IMG/VR virus record: IMGVR_UViG_3300022407_006288 | Coordinates: 1 to 64,000 of that record | Source: a virus | Length of the DNA stretch: 64,000 nucleotides | Strand: one strand, 5' to 3' | Shown here: positions 49,768 to 59,378 of the stretch, piece after piece | Layout of the letters: each line of letters starts with the position of its first letter | How positions within the stretch are numbered: the first letter of the stretch is position 1 | Program-made: the position numbers and the translations under genes | Notes under the pieces: generated by a model | Databases searched by the model: none | What the model was told of the DNA's origin: nothing | Seen by the model: the letters and a program-made list of their open reading frames with translations, nothing else

Positions 49768-50403
49768 ATGGCAAATAAACTTTACGAATATCTATCCTTT
49801 GACAAGGCTCATGTAGAGCTTTTAGAAGAAGACGATAAAAAGTCCGGAACTAAAATGCTTTGCATGAAAGGCATTTTTATTCAGGGCGATGTAAGAAATC
49901 AAAATCAGCGTGTATATCCTGCACGCGAGATTGCTCGGGCAGTTAATTCTATTACAGAAAAACTAAGTGGCGGTCAGTCAGTTATGGGAGAGCTCGACCA
50001 TCCGGAAGAGCTTTCTATTAACCTAGATCGTGTCAGTCACCTTATCACAGATATGTGGATAGAAGGTGCAGATGGATACGGAAAGTTAAAGATTGTTTCA
50101 ACTCCGATGGGCAACATTGTAAAAACATTGTTACAGTCGGGTGCAAAGTTGGGCGTCTCTTCCCGTGGTTCCGGTAATGTAAATGACGACGGTAATGTTT
50201 CAGACTTTGAAATTATTACTGTTGACATTGTTGCACAACCAAGTGCTCCAAATGCATTTCCGAGAACTATTTACGAAAGTCTTTATAACATGAAGGGTGG
50301 TTCACGAGTTATTACTACCGCTAAGGAAGCATTAACAGAGGCCGCTGCACAGAAACAGCTTGTTAAAGATCTTCACAGGTTTATTCAAGAGTTAAAAATT
50401 TAG
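49768..50403 (+). CDS. gp21: Prohead protease, gp21-like
   Basis: GIFIQGDVRNQNQRVYP, GELDHP, LGVSSRGSG, DIVAQPSAPNA. Confidence 0.95.
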   Translation: MANKLYEYLSFDKAHVELLEEDDKKSGTKMLCMKGIFIQGDVRNQNQRVYPAREIARAVNSITEKLSGGQSVMGELDHPEELSINLDRVSHLITDMWIEGADGYGKLKIVSTPMGNIVKTLLQSGAKLGVSSRGSGNVNDDGNVSDFEIITVDIVAQPSAPNAFPRTIYESLYNMKGGSRVITTAKEALTEAAAQKQLVKDLHRFIQELKI

Positions 50404-50414
50404 GAGAACTCAAG

Positions 50415-51533
50415 ATGGCAAAAAAAATTGATGAGATCTTGAGTGAAAGCGTAGGATTGTCCGAAGAAACCAGAAGCCAAATCGCAGGCTTATGGGAGGC
50501 AAAAATTTCCGAAGCTCGTGATGAAGTTGCTGCAACACTCCGTGAGGAATTTGCACGTAAGTTTGAACACGACAAGGGAGTTCTTGTTGAATCAATGGAC
50601 CGTTTTTTAACAGACAAAATCCGCGTCGAACTCGAAGAATTCGCAGATGACAAGAGAAAACTTGTCACAGAACGTATTGCTTACAAGAGCAAAATTGTTC
50701 AACACACAGGGATGTTAAACAAATTTATCACAGAAACTGTAGCAAAGGAAATGCGAGAGTTTTACTCTGAAAAGAAGACAATGAAAGAAAATTTCAAGAA
50801 ACTTGAAAATTTCCTACTAAAGCAACTTGCCGAAGAAATTCGTGAGTTCCGTTTAGATAAGAAGTCTTTGGTAGAGCAAAAAGTCAAGATGGTTACCGAA
50901 GGTAAGCAAAAGCTACAGGAAACAAAAGTACAATTTATCAAGCGCGCCGCTACTATTATTGAGTCTAACATTGAAAAGACTCTACAAACAGAAATCAATC
51001 AATTCAGGGATGATATTCGTATTGCCCGAGAAAATGACTTCGGTCGTAAGATTTTTGAAAGTGTCGCTGCTGAATTTATGACTTCGCACTTAAACGAAGG
51101 AACCGAACTTAAGAAGCTGCAAAAAGTATTAGAATCAAAAGACATGCAAATTAAACAAATTAACCAATCAGTTAAGAAGAATAAGAGCATTATGGAGAAT
51201 CTTGATACAAAATTAAAAGCCACTCAAGATCTTGTCGAAAGACAAAAAGTTATGAACGAATTATTAGCTCCTTTATCGAAAGATAAAAAGGCAGTAATGA
51301 AAGAGTTACTTGAATCAGTACACACAAAAAGCTTGCAAACTACATACAATAAGTATCTACCAAGCGTTTTAAATGAAGCTATCGAACGTAAACCTGCAGC
51401 TACCAAGCCACAGTTAAACGAAGCAACATTGTCTGCTAGTACAGGTAACAGAGCGAGGGTCGCTCAAAATGGAGATGCTGAAGACTCTTCGGATCTACAG
51501 AAGATTTTGTCCTTAGCCGGAATTAGAAAGTAA
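50415..51533 (+). CDS. gp22: Prohead scaffold protein, gp22-like
   Basis: Long coiled coil between protease and capsid; FGRKIFE motif. Confidence 0.8.
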   Translation: MAKKIDEILSESVGLSEETRSQIAGLWEAKISEARDEVAATLREEFARKFEHDKGVLVESMDRFLTDKIRVELEEFADDKRKLVTERIAYKSKIVQHTGMLNKFITETVAKEMREFYSEKKTMKENFKKLENFLLKQLAEEIREFRLDKKSLVEQKVKMVTEGKQKLQETKVQFIKRAATIIESNIEKTLQTEINQFRDDIRIARENDFGRKIFESVAAEFMTSHLNEGTELKKLQKVLESKDMQIKQINQSVKKNKSIMENLDTKLKATQDLVERQKVMNELLAPLSKDKKAVMKELLESVHTKSLQTTYNKYLPSVLNEAIERKPAATKPQLNEATLSASTGNRARVAQNGDAEDSSDLQKILSLAGIRK

Positions 51534-51549
51534 TTTAGGAGAAATTATA

Positions 51550-52722
51550 ATGGCAACAAAGCTATTTGAATCAAACTGGGGCGCAACAAAAGAAGCCCTT
51601 TTAGAAGGCCTTTCGGGAACCCGCCGTCAATCCATGGACGTAGTGTTTGAGAACACTCGTAGATACTTGGCTGAATCGGCTACCGCTGGTGCCACACAAG
51701 CTGGTAATATTGCAGTACTTAACAAGGTAATGCTACCGCTTATCCGTCGTGTAATGCCAACCGTTATTGCGAACGAAATCATGGGCGTTCAGCCTATGAC
51801 CGGTCCAGTCGGTCAAATTCATACTCTACGTGTTCGTTATGCTAATACTGCTGCTGGTGTTACAGCTGGTACAGAAGCACTTGGTCCATTCGAAATTGCT
51901 AAGGCATATTCGGGTAACGAAGTTGCTGCTGATCCTGCTGCTGCTTCTACAGCACGCTTAGAAGGCGTACCTGGTAACAAGTTAAGTATCCAGATTTTGA
52001 AAGAAACCGTCGAAGCTAAGACACGTAAATTGTCAGCTCGTTGGACTTTTGAAGCTGCACAAGATGCTAATGCTATCCATGGTATCGACATCGAAGCAGA
52101 AATCATGCAAGCTCTTGCACAAGAAATCACAGTTGAAATCGACCAGGAAATGCTATTCAAGTTGGGTAGCCTAGTCCCTGTTGCTCCAACTACATTCAAC
52201 CAAGCTGCTGTATCTGGTACAGCTACATATGTTGGTGACGAAATGGCTGCTCTAGCAGTTATGATTAACCAACAAGCTAACCTTATTGCTGCACGTACAC
52301 GTCGTGGTGCTGCTAACTGGGCAGTTGTTTCGCCAACAGCGTTAACAATTCTTCAGACTGCAACAACATCATCATTTGCACGTACAACAGAAGGTACATT
52401 CGAAGCACCTACAAACACAAAGTTTGTTGGTACATTGAACAGCACAATGCGTGTTTATGTTAATCAATATGCAGGCGACGGCGAAGCAGTTCTAATAGGC
52501 TACAAAGGCCCAACAGAAACTGACGCAGCAGCTTACTATTGCCCATACATTCCGTTGATGAGCGTTGGTCCAGTTATGGATCCACAAACATTCGAACCAG
52601 TCGTTTCATTCATGACACGTTACGGATATTTGGAACTAACTAACACAGCTAACAGCTTCGGTAACGCAGCTGACTACGTGTCTAAGGTTGGAATAGATTC
52701 GGCCACATTGAAGTTCTTTTAA
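51550..52722 (+). CDS. gp23: Major capsid protein, gp23-like
   Basis: LIRRVMPTVIANEIMGVQPMTGPVGQIHTLR, TRKLSARWTFEAAQD, YCPYIPLM, MTRYG. Confidence 0.97.
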   Translation: MATKLFESNWGATKEALLEGLSGTRRQSMDVVFENTRRYLAESATAGATQAGNIAVLNKVMLPLIRRVMPTVIANEIMGVQPMTGPVGQIHTLRVRYANTAAGVTAGTEALGPFEIAKAYSGNEVAADPAAASTARLEGVPGNKLSIQILKETVEAKTRKLSARWTFEAAQDANAIHGIDIEAEIMQALAQEITVEIDQEMLFKLGSLVPVAPTTFNQAAVSGTATYVGDEMAALAVMINQQANLIAARTRRGAANWAVVSPTALTILQTATTSSFARTTEGTFEAPTNTKFVGTLNSTMRVYVNQYAGDGEAVLIGYKGPTETDAAAYYCPYIPLMSVGPVMDPQTFEPVVSFMTRYGYLELTNTANSFGNAADYVSKVGIDSATLKFF

Positions 52723-52746
52723 TTCTAAAACTAGAATTAGTAAAAC

Positions 52747-52772
52747 AAAAACGCCCTCTGGGGCGTTTTTTT
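52747..52772 (+). terminator. Intrinsic (bidirectional) terminator after capsid gene
   Basis: AAAAACGCCC-TCTG-GGGCGTTTTTTT. Confidence 0.9.
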
Positions 52773-52781
52773 ATTGACTTT

Positions 52782-52789
52782 GATAAATA
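52782..52789 (+). promoter_or_regulatory. Late promoter GATAAATA
   Basis: Upstream of 52815 ORF, GAGG RBS. Confidence 0.7.
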
Positions 52790-52814
52790 ATATATTATTT
52801 GATGAGGTAAAATC

Positions 52815-53552
52815 ATGTCAGAACCAAACATGAAAAAAATTGACCCTAAAGACATATTATCAAACCCTGATACATATATAACAGACCCGGGTACTTTAAC
52901 TGTAAATTTAGAAACATTTGTGGTATCAGTACACAACGGATATACTCCGGGCGGATTACCCATTGGCGGCGGCACTGTAGTAACACCTGGCGGAACCAGT
53001 GGTGCAGTTCAAATGAATTGGCAAGGCTCTTTTACTGATCAGGGTGGAACTCCAGCTGATACATATTCGACATTAAAGTTTAACGGCGATGGAATACCAA
53101 CTCTCAACGGTACTTTAGCATATCAGCAAAGAGTAAATAATTCTCCCTATTTGCAAATTTTAACACCAAGAGTAGAAAGTGAAGATTTTGGGATACTTGC
53201 CGGGCCCGGCATTGTTGTAATAGGTTACGACGATACCTATAATACTCCTCGTAGTGCATATCTTTCTGTACAGAACAAATCTGATGCAACACAACAGTGG
53301 GATTTTGGTATTATGGGTAACGGGGATAATAGTTTTAGTGTAAGAAATAGAACTACAGATACTGTAGCACTATCCATTGATAATACAAGCGGTAACATAT
53401 CTGGTGGTAATTTAGTTACCTGGACTGCTGTGCCCAGTACCAACATATCATCGGGGACTCCGGGACAGGCAGCATATGATTCTAGTGGAAATTTATATAT
53501 ATGCGTGGCTATAGACACATGGTCAAAGATCGCCGGCACAACTAGCTGGTAA
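52815..53552 (+). CDS. Hypothetical virion-type beta-rich protein
   Basis: 245 aa; C-terminal GTPGQAAYDSSG.LYICVA..TW motif typical of fibre/decoration proteins. Confidence 0.6.
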   Translation: MSEPNMKKIDPKDILSNPDTYITDPGTLTVNLETFVVSVHNGYTPGGLPIGGGTVVTPGGTSGAVQMNWQGSFTDQGGTPADTYSTLKFNGDGIPTLNGTLAYQQRVNNSPYLQILTPRVESEDFGILAGPGIVVIGYDDTYNTPRSAYLSVQNKSDATQQWDFGIMGNGDNSFSVRNRTTDTVALSIDNTSGNISGGNLVTWTAVPSTNISSGTPGQAAYDSSGNLYICVAIDTWSKIAGTTSW

Positions 53553-53582
53553 GTTAAACATTTAGTAAAGGAAATTTTTAAA

Positions 53583-54554
53583 ATGAAAAAGATAAATTTT
53601 TTAAAGAGGGCTACATTAATAACATTTGGTGCAGTATGTTTACTTGGTAATGCTATTGGTCAAAGCAGTCAAACACCAATTAATATTACCGCAACTACCG
53701 TACAATCATCTCCAGCACAGTTTGGTGGTACCACTGCTACTGTATTAAATAATACATTTACTTTTGAAACACAAAATACACAAAATTTTCAATTTTGTAA
53801 TAGTTCAGACAACTGCACGTTGCCCACAGCAGCATCCGGTCCAAGTGCATATACTGTTTCTAATACACGATGGGGAACATTCAAACTAAATAATCCTAAT
53901 TTTAGTGCAAATTCTTCTACCTGTGCCCCAAAAATTTCATTTAACAGTAATGATTATTGTTTGTTAGAATTCCACTTTCATGGTCCATCAGAGCACTGGG
54001 TTAATAACTCGGCTACAGATTTAGAAGTACACTTTGTTTATGTTAAGTTGAGTGACTTAACACAACCGCGTGGATTATGTAATGCCGACAGTCTTTTAGT
54101 ATTGGGTCAAAGAATGGTCGGTAACGGCTCCACACCAAATGCATCGTGGACCAGTGTGTTCAACGCAATACCTTCAGTTAATAGCACCGGAACATCAACA
54201 GGCGCCACTGTTAGCTTCAATATTAAAAACATGATGGGCATTGCCAATTTTAATACAGCACCATCCTATAGATATAGCGGCGGATTAACTGCACCAATTG
54301 GTAGCGGTACTTTAGGAACTGGCAGTACCTGTATTGCACCTACCGATCCCAATAACGGTAATCCATGGTGGGGTAATCCACAGCGTCAGCTAACTGTTGG
54401 TCAATATCCTCAGATAGTTTCCTGGGTGCTATTCAAGCAGCCAATAACACTATCTACAGCACAAGTACAACAATTTAAGTCTGCGTTTCCCGATGGAAAT
54501 GCTCGCGCAGTTCAGCCAGCAGGAACCACAATTTATTATGCTAATCCAAACTAA
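53583..54554 (+). CDS. Secreted alpha-carbonic anhydrase-like protein
   Basis: Signal peptide; QTPINI; EFHFHGPSEH...LEVHFV (three Zn His, plus the Glu106/Glu117 equivalents); YSGGLTAP; VSWVLFKQPITLS..QV..F; GNARAVQP. Confidence 0.85.
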   Translation: MKKINFLKRATLITFGAVCLLGNAIGQSSQTPINITATTVQSSPAQFGGTTATVLNNTFTFETQNTQNFQFCNSSDNCTLPTAASGPSAYTVSNTRWGTFKLNNPNFSANSSTCAPKISFNSNDYCLLEFHFHGPSEHWVNNSATDLEVHFVYVKLSDLTQPRGLCNADSLLVLGQRMVGNGSTPNASWTSVFNAIPSVNSTGTSTGATVSFNIKNMMGIANFNTAPSYRYSGGLTAPIGSGTLGTGSTCIAPTDPNNGNPWWGNPQRQLTVGQYPQIVSWVLFKQPITLSTAQVQQFKSAFPDGNARAVQPAGTTIYYANPN

Positions 54555-54568
54555 TAAATTATATTAGC

Positions 54569-54592
54569 AAAAACGCCCCGCGGGGCGTTTTT
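54569..54592 (+). terminator. Intrinsic bidirectional terminator
   Basis: Perfect 24-bp palindrome AAAAACGCCCCGCGGGGCGTTTTT. Confidence 0.9.
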
Positions 54593-54617
54593 CTTTGGCT
54601 ATATTTTTTCATATTAT

Positions 54618-54625
54618 GATAAATA
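54618..54625 (+). promoter_or_regulatory. Late promoter GATAAATA
   Basis: Upstream of 54640 ORF. Confidence 0.65.
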
Positions 54626-54639
54626 TGTAAAACATTGGA

Positions 54640-55953
54640 ATGTATCTTATGACACAAAAAATTATTGTTCAAGATGGTAATGTTGTTTATACAACTCCCG
54701 GCCTACCAGCAGCAGAAAGTATAAATTTTACTATAGAAGGTCAGTTAAATGTCACCGGGGCCATCAGTGTAAACGGTTCTACTGGTACTGCAGGTCAAGT
54801 TTTAACGTCACAAGGCACCAATCTCCCGGCATATTGGGCTGTAGCCAGCGGCGGTGGTGGCGGAACCGTAACACTGCCCAATACACAAGTTGCATTCGGA
54901 TCAACATCAGATACAGTAACATCAAGTGCTAATCTTGTATACAATTCTTCAAGTAACATTCTGAGCGTAGGTACTACAACCAGCGGGCTTATATCAAGCA
55001 CACCCGGGGGTTCAATAACTATTGCATCTGATACAGCTATATCATTAGATGCAAACGGTATCGAAGTAGTTACAATTAATTCTGATGGTTCACTTGATAT
55101 ATATGGGCCGATTAACGTAAGCAGCTCCAGCGGTACTGCAGGACAAGTTTTAACGTCACAAGGTGCCGGGCTTCCAGCAGTATGGGGTGTAGGTGGAGGC
55201 GGGACCACTACCCTAGCAAATACACAGGTTGCATTTGGATCTACTGCAAATACCATAACGTCAAGTAACAATTTCATATATGATAATTCAACTGATACAT
55301 TAATTGTAGGAGATTTTGGCACATTTGATGGGACCATATCTGCCAACGGATTTTTAAGACTTGAATCTACTTCGTCAATATATCTAAACATTGGTGGTAC
55401 TGATGCAGTTACTATAGACTCTGCAAATACAATAGTTATAGGATCATCAAGTAATAGTGGTGTAGTCTCGGCTAGCAATGGCCAGTCTTTATACCTAGAA
55501 AGCGACGGCGGTAATAATGTTATTGTATTGGGTGCTGCAGGGGATTTATCTGTTAACGGAAGTGTAGGAACAGCCGGACAGGTACTAACATCACAAGGTG
55601 TAGATGCATCACCAACATGGGAATCGCCCACTATACCTCAAAATCTACAAGCGGCTGATTATACATTGGTACTTAGCGATAGCGGCAAACATATTTTTCA
55701 CCCCGGCACAGATGGCCCGTCTCGCACATATACAATTCCGTCAAATGCAAGTGTAGCATTTCCTATTGGCACAGTAGTCACATTTGTAAATCAAAACGGA
55801 GCAGGATCAATACTTATTGCAATCACTTCAGATGTTATGAGATTGGCTGGCGTAGGATCTACCGGTACACGCACACTGGATGCTAACGGCGTAGGTACAG
55901 CATTAAAGATTACTGCAACTGAATGGATTATTAGCGGCACAGGGCTAACATAA
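54640..55953 (+). CDS. Fibre/decoration-type virion protein with internal repeats
   Basis: GTAGQVLTSQG x3, LPNTQVAFGS x2, C-terminal DYTLVLSDSGKHI...TEWIISGTGLT domain. Confidence 0.7.
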   Translation: MYLMTQKIIVQDGNVVYTTPGLPAAESINFTIEGQLNVTGAISVNGSTGTAGQVLTSQGTNLPAYWAVASGGGGGTVTLPNTQVAFGSTSDTVTSSANLVYNSSSNILSVGTTTSGLISSTPGGSITIASDTAISLDANGIEVVTINSDGSLDIYGPINVSSSSGTAGQVLTSQGAGLPAVWGVGGGGTTTLANTQVAFGSTANTITSSNNFIYDNSTDTLIVGDFGTFDGTISANGFLRLESTSSIYLNIGGTDAVTIDSANTIVIGSSSNSGVVSASNGQSLYLESDGGNNVIVLGAAGDLSVNGSVGTAGQVLTSQGVDASPTWESPTIPQNLQAADYTLVLSDSGKHIFHPGTDGPSRTYTIPSNASVAFPIGTVVTFVNQNGAGSILIAITSDVMRLAGVGSTGTRTLDANGVGTALKITATEWIISGTGLT

Positions 55954-55956
55954 TTT

Positions 55957-56400
55957 TCATCTATGCTGTGATAATATCATTTTTATACGATCTTCTGCTT
56001 TTTTGTTACAAAAACTTATCTTAGCACCCTGATGCATGGGCCTAGGCCATTGTCCCAGATCAATCCAACAATATCCACAACTTTCGTTGTTTAATACGGG
56101 TATAAATTCGTCTTCTACGATACATACAAAACTATAATATTTGAAATGTTTATCCTTACTTTGATAAACATCAAAAGGATATATTTTTTCAATATCAGGA
56201 ACCGAATCCATTTCTTCTCTTAATTCTCGAAGTAATGCTTCCTTGGGTTGTTCACCATCCTCTATCATGCCACCCCATAAAGACCACTGCTGTGCATGTG
56301 TCTTATGGGGTGCACGAAGATTTAATAATATCCTGCTTGTTTTAACAGATACAAAGATTGTACCAACAGCAGTTTTATTTGCCAACATGAGATCGTTCAT
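55957..56400 (-). CDS. NUDIX hydrolase
   Basis: GGMIEDGEQPKEALLRELREEM NUDIX box. Confidence 0.9.
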   Translation of the reverse strand: MNDLMLANKTAVGTIFVSVKTSRILLNLRAPHKTHAQQWSLWGGMIEDGEQPKEALLRELREEMDSVPDIEKIYPFDVYQSKDKHFKYYSFVCIVEDEFIPVLNNESCGYCWIDLGQWPRPMHQGAKISFCNKKAEDRIKMILSQHR

Positions 56401-56446
56401 AAAAGCTATTTATAACAAAATTTTAAATTAGCAAATTATAAATTAT

Positions 56447-57891
56447 TTACTCATATTGATTTACCGTGGTACCGTTGGGTGCTGATATAATATTGTCAAT
56501 GCGCCAATATCCTGGATTAAATATTCCGTAGTAGGTATATGCCCATTCTTGTGTGGTAGAATCAAACATGTATTGACTGGAATTTGTATTATTAACAACA
56601 TAATTTTTACCACTTGAGCTTCGAGAATCAAACGACACTATCCAATCTATGCCATTAAATTCTATAATATCATTTGGGTATGCAATTAACATTTGACCCC
56701 ATGGACTATTTGGCACATTTGGCGGAATTGCAGGTTCTTCACCACCGCTTGAGTTTGATGTAAGCAAGTATCTTTGCCCGGGTGCCGCAACAGGCAATCC
56801 GTTACCCGGCGTTACTTCTGTTGGATCAATAATCTCAGCTATAGGCAGCAGTGTGTTGGCAGGTAGTGTATCAACATCTGGTGTAAAAAATAGCACACTT
56901 TGATCTTGCTGATCTTGAGCAATACCCCCAATAATATCTGAAGTATCAACCTCTAAATTGGGATCAAGTTTTAGTCTAATTTTTGTAATATTGGGTGTGA
57001 TTTGCCCATATTTTTGTATTAAACTTTGCCAACTCAATAAAGGATCAGCTTGACCATACTCGTTTAAGAGTGTGATTGTATCAACCTCACCTGTCTTAGA
57101 TACCGAAATTCTATAATTGCCCTCTGTAGTAACAATTTGTATAGGTATGCTACCAAACGACGAAAAAGGATCATATGTACCATCAATTTGTCCTTTAATA
57201 TTCTGTATATCAGCATCAAACACTTGAGTAACAATTTCTGCAATAAGCCCGCTTCTTTTGAGCTTTGCAGGCGGGTTAATCCACCCCTGTATTTTAAACT
57301 TAAAACTCATTATATCTCTATCGTCATTAGCACCTTGAGGTATATTTTTACTTGACCAAACAACATCTTCGAGCCACACTTCAAAAATACTTGTCCAATC
57401 TAGCAAATTGCTATTTTGTTGAAGTTGTATAGAAGGATTAAAAATGGTACAAATTTGCTCCATAATTTGTAATTTAGTTGTTACATTGGTGGTCCACACA
57501 TCAAGCCTAAAAAAGAAATCATAAGGCACAGGCATGTACCTTTCAACATCCTGTCTTACACCGGGCCCAGAACCGTATGTTTGTGTAGCTGCATCAAACT
57601 GTCTTTCTATAGTAGACACTTTACCAACATACTGCGTGGCCTGCCGTCTATCCGGAACCATCTTGATATTTTCAATCCAAGCACTAAACATCGGTGCTGG
57701 CAGCATGGTATTTTCACTTGCACCTTTAATAAGTTGTGCAACCATCCAGGATGGGTCTCCGTAAAGTATGGGCACTTGCTGAATAGTATAAAGTCCGTTG
57801 GCATCTGGGCCTATGCGAATCTTAATATCTGAAAAAATCCGCATGAATTGTAAGAGATATCGTCTTACTTGACTATCGTAAAAAAATCCAT
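56447..57891 (-). CDS. gp15: Tail sheath stabiliser/terminator, gp15-like; N-terminus out of frame at a T7 run
   Basis: FYDSQVRRYLLQFMRIFS.I.I...VPI.YG, PVPYD...LD.WT, EQI...FNP; the RBS-bearing ATG at 57891 is one base out of frame with the 57844 ORF. Confidence 0.75.
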
Positions 57892-57927
57892 TCCTCTCCC
57901 CCTTATTATTCTTTCTTTAACAAGATG

Positions 57928-59181
57928 TTAGTTGCCCTTTTTTGCAGCTCTGTCATCTGCAATTTTACTTCTAGCAGCTTCGGCTTTAGTAGTTTTCTTT
58001 TTTCTTTCCGAGTAAAGATCCACTTTTTGTTTTACTACTTGACTTACTGCTTGTTTTTCCGGAACAACGGTACCATCAGGTAAAATAGTATCGTTAATAT
58101 TGTCAATAAATTGGTCGAGGACACGATTGTAGGCCGTCCAATTCTTTAACACATTTACCTCTATAAGTTTAAATGTCGGCCCTTGTTTTTGGAATAGTCT
58201 TTCCGGATAATAATCTATTCGTAAATAATATTGCCCATCTGTCATTCCTGGCGGGAAACTAACGCCAGCACCAACAAGCGGTCCGCTTGGTTCTAAGTTA
58301 TCTGCATTATCTGTTGATAGGTTAGGCGGAGCACCGTCCCCACTAAAATAATTACTCCCAATTATGGGGTATCCTGTATTCGGATCAAGGTATATGTATA
58401 AGTTTGCACTTTCAAAAAACTTAGGATCAAAAAATGCATTACATTCTGCTTCAGCAACTATTGCATCAGACAAGCCAATAATTTGGCAAAATAGATTTAG
58501 TGTATTAGTAATATTGGGGTTAGCTCCTGTTCCTGGATTACCGTTGGCATCTGCGGTATCGGTGAATCCCTCTGGCATAACACCAATACCCTGTCCAACA
58601 CCGCCTGCTGTTTGTCCTGTCGCCGCTTGATCAAGTATTTGATTATATTCTTGTGATGCTTGAAGCATTTTGGCTCTGACTAACCAAATATGCGGAAACC
58701 ATTTTTGCCCATATCCGGCTGCTGCATAAAGCGCATCTTGAACAACATAATAACGATTGATACCTACAGCATTATCAAAGATTGGCACATCCCTCATATT
58801 TGGAAATTCTAAAACATCACCTGCAATAAGTTTTCTGCCCAAGCAGTCTACCATGTCGTTGTAATGAAACTGAATACGTATAACATCCGAACTTAGAAAA
58901 ATACCAAACTGCGACAAATCGTAGTTTACGTCCTGTGGAGTATAGTGTCCCTTTAGTTCAATTACATTTGGATTATATTTTCTATTATTGTTAGTTAAGA
59001 ATAGCACATCTTGAATAGTTGTTAATGAAGTATCTGTACTACCAGCAGCATCAGTGGTTGGCCCTTCATACATGTGTACCAAAATGCCGTCGCCTGCAAT
59101 AAAAAAGTTTTCACCTATTGAGCGATCGATGAAGTTGTAATCTGCGCCCTTAACGGGATTCCACAAACTAATTTTAGGCAT
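57928..59181 (-). CDS. Neck/head-closure protein (gp14-like)
   Basis: MPKISLW...DYNFID, IQDVLFL.N.NRKY, YDLSQFGIFL, W.PHIW.VRAK; upstream of gp15. Confidence 0.65.
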   Translation of the reverse strand: MPKISLWNPVKGADYNFIDRSIGENFFIAGDGILVHMYEGPTTDAAGSTDTSLTTIQDVLFLTNNNRKYNPNVIELKGHYTPQDVNYDLSQFGIFLSSDVIRIQFHYNDMVDCLGRKLIAGDVLEFPNMRDVPIFDNAVGINRYYVVQDALYAAAGYGQKWFPHIWLVRAKMLQASQEYNQILDQAATGQTAGGVGQGIGVMPEGFTDTADANGNPGTGANPNITNTLNLFCQIIGLSDAIVAEAECNAFFDPKFFESANLYIYLDPNTGYPIIGSNYFSGDGAPPNLSTDNADNLEPSGPLVGAGVSFPPGMTDGQYYLRIDYYPERLFQKQGPTFKLIEVNVLKNWTAYNRVLDQFIDNINDTILPDGTVVPEKQAVSQVVKQKVDLYSERKKKTTKAEAARSKIADDRAAKKGN

Positions 59182-59227
59182 TTTTAGATCTCCAACACTG
59201 TGAAAAATTATTTAATTTTGTTTTTAC

Positions 59228-59308
59228 TATTTATCAATAAAATTTAATTTTAAACAATGTATATCGTAAAATCTAAAAAGTTATATAGTTGCATTTAATA
59301 GATAAATA
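59228..59308. promoter_or_regulatory. Divergent late promoters
   Basis: GATAAATA - at 59228-59235 (neck operon) and + at 59301-59308 (fibre operon). Confidence 0.7.
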
Positions 59309-59325
59309 CAAATGAAATTTTATAA

Positions 59326-59363
59326 CTAGTAAGTACTACCTTACTAGACAGGTCCGCAACCTG
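59326..59363 (+). promoter_or_regulatory. Two-hairpin 5' leader of the fibre gene
   Basis: CTAGTAAG-TACTAC-CTTACTAG and CAGGT-CCGCA-ACCTG just upstream of the AAAGGG RBS. Confidence 0.55.
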
Positions 59364-59378
59364 AATAAAGGGAAAAAA

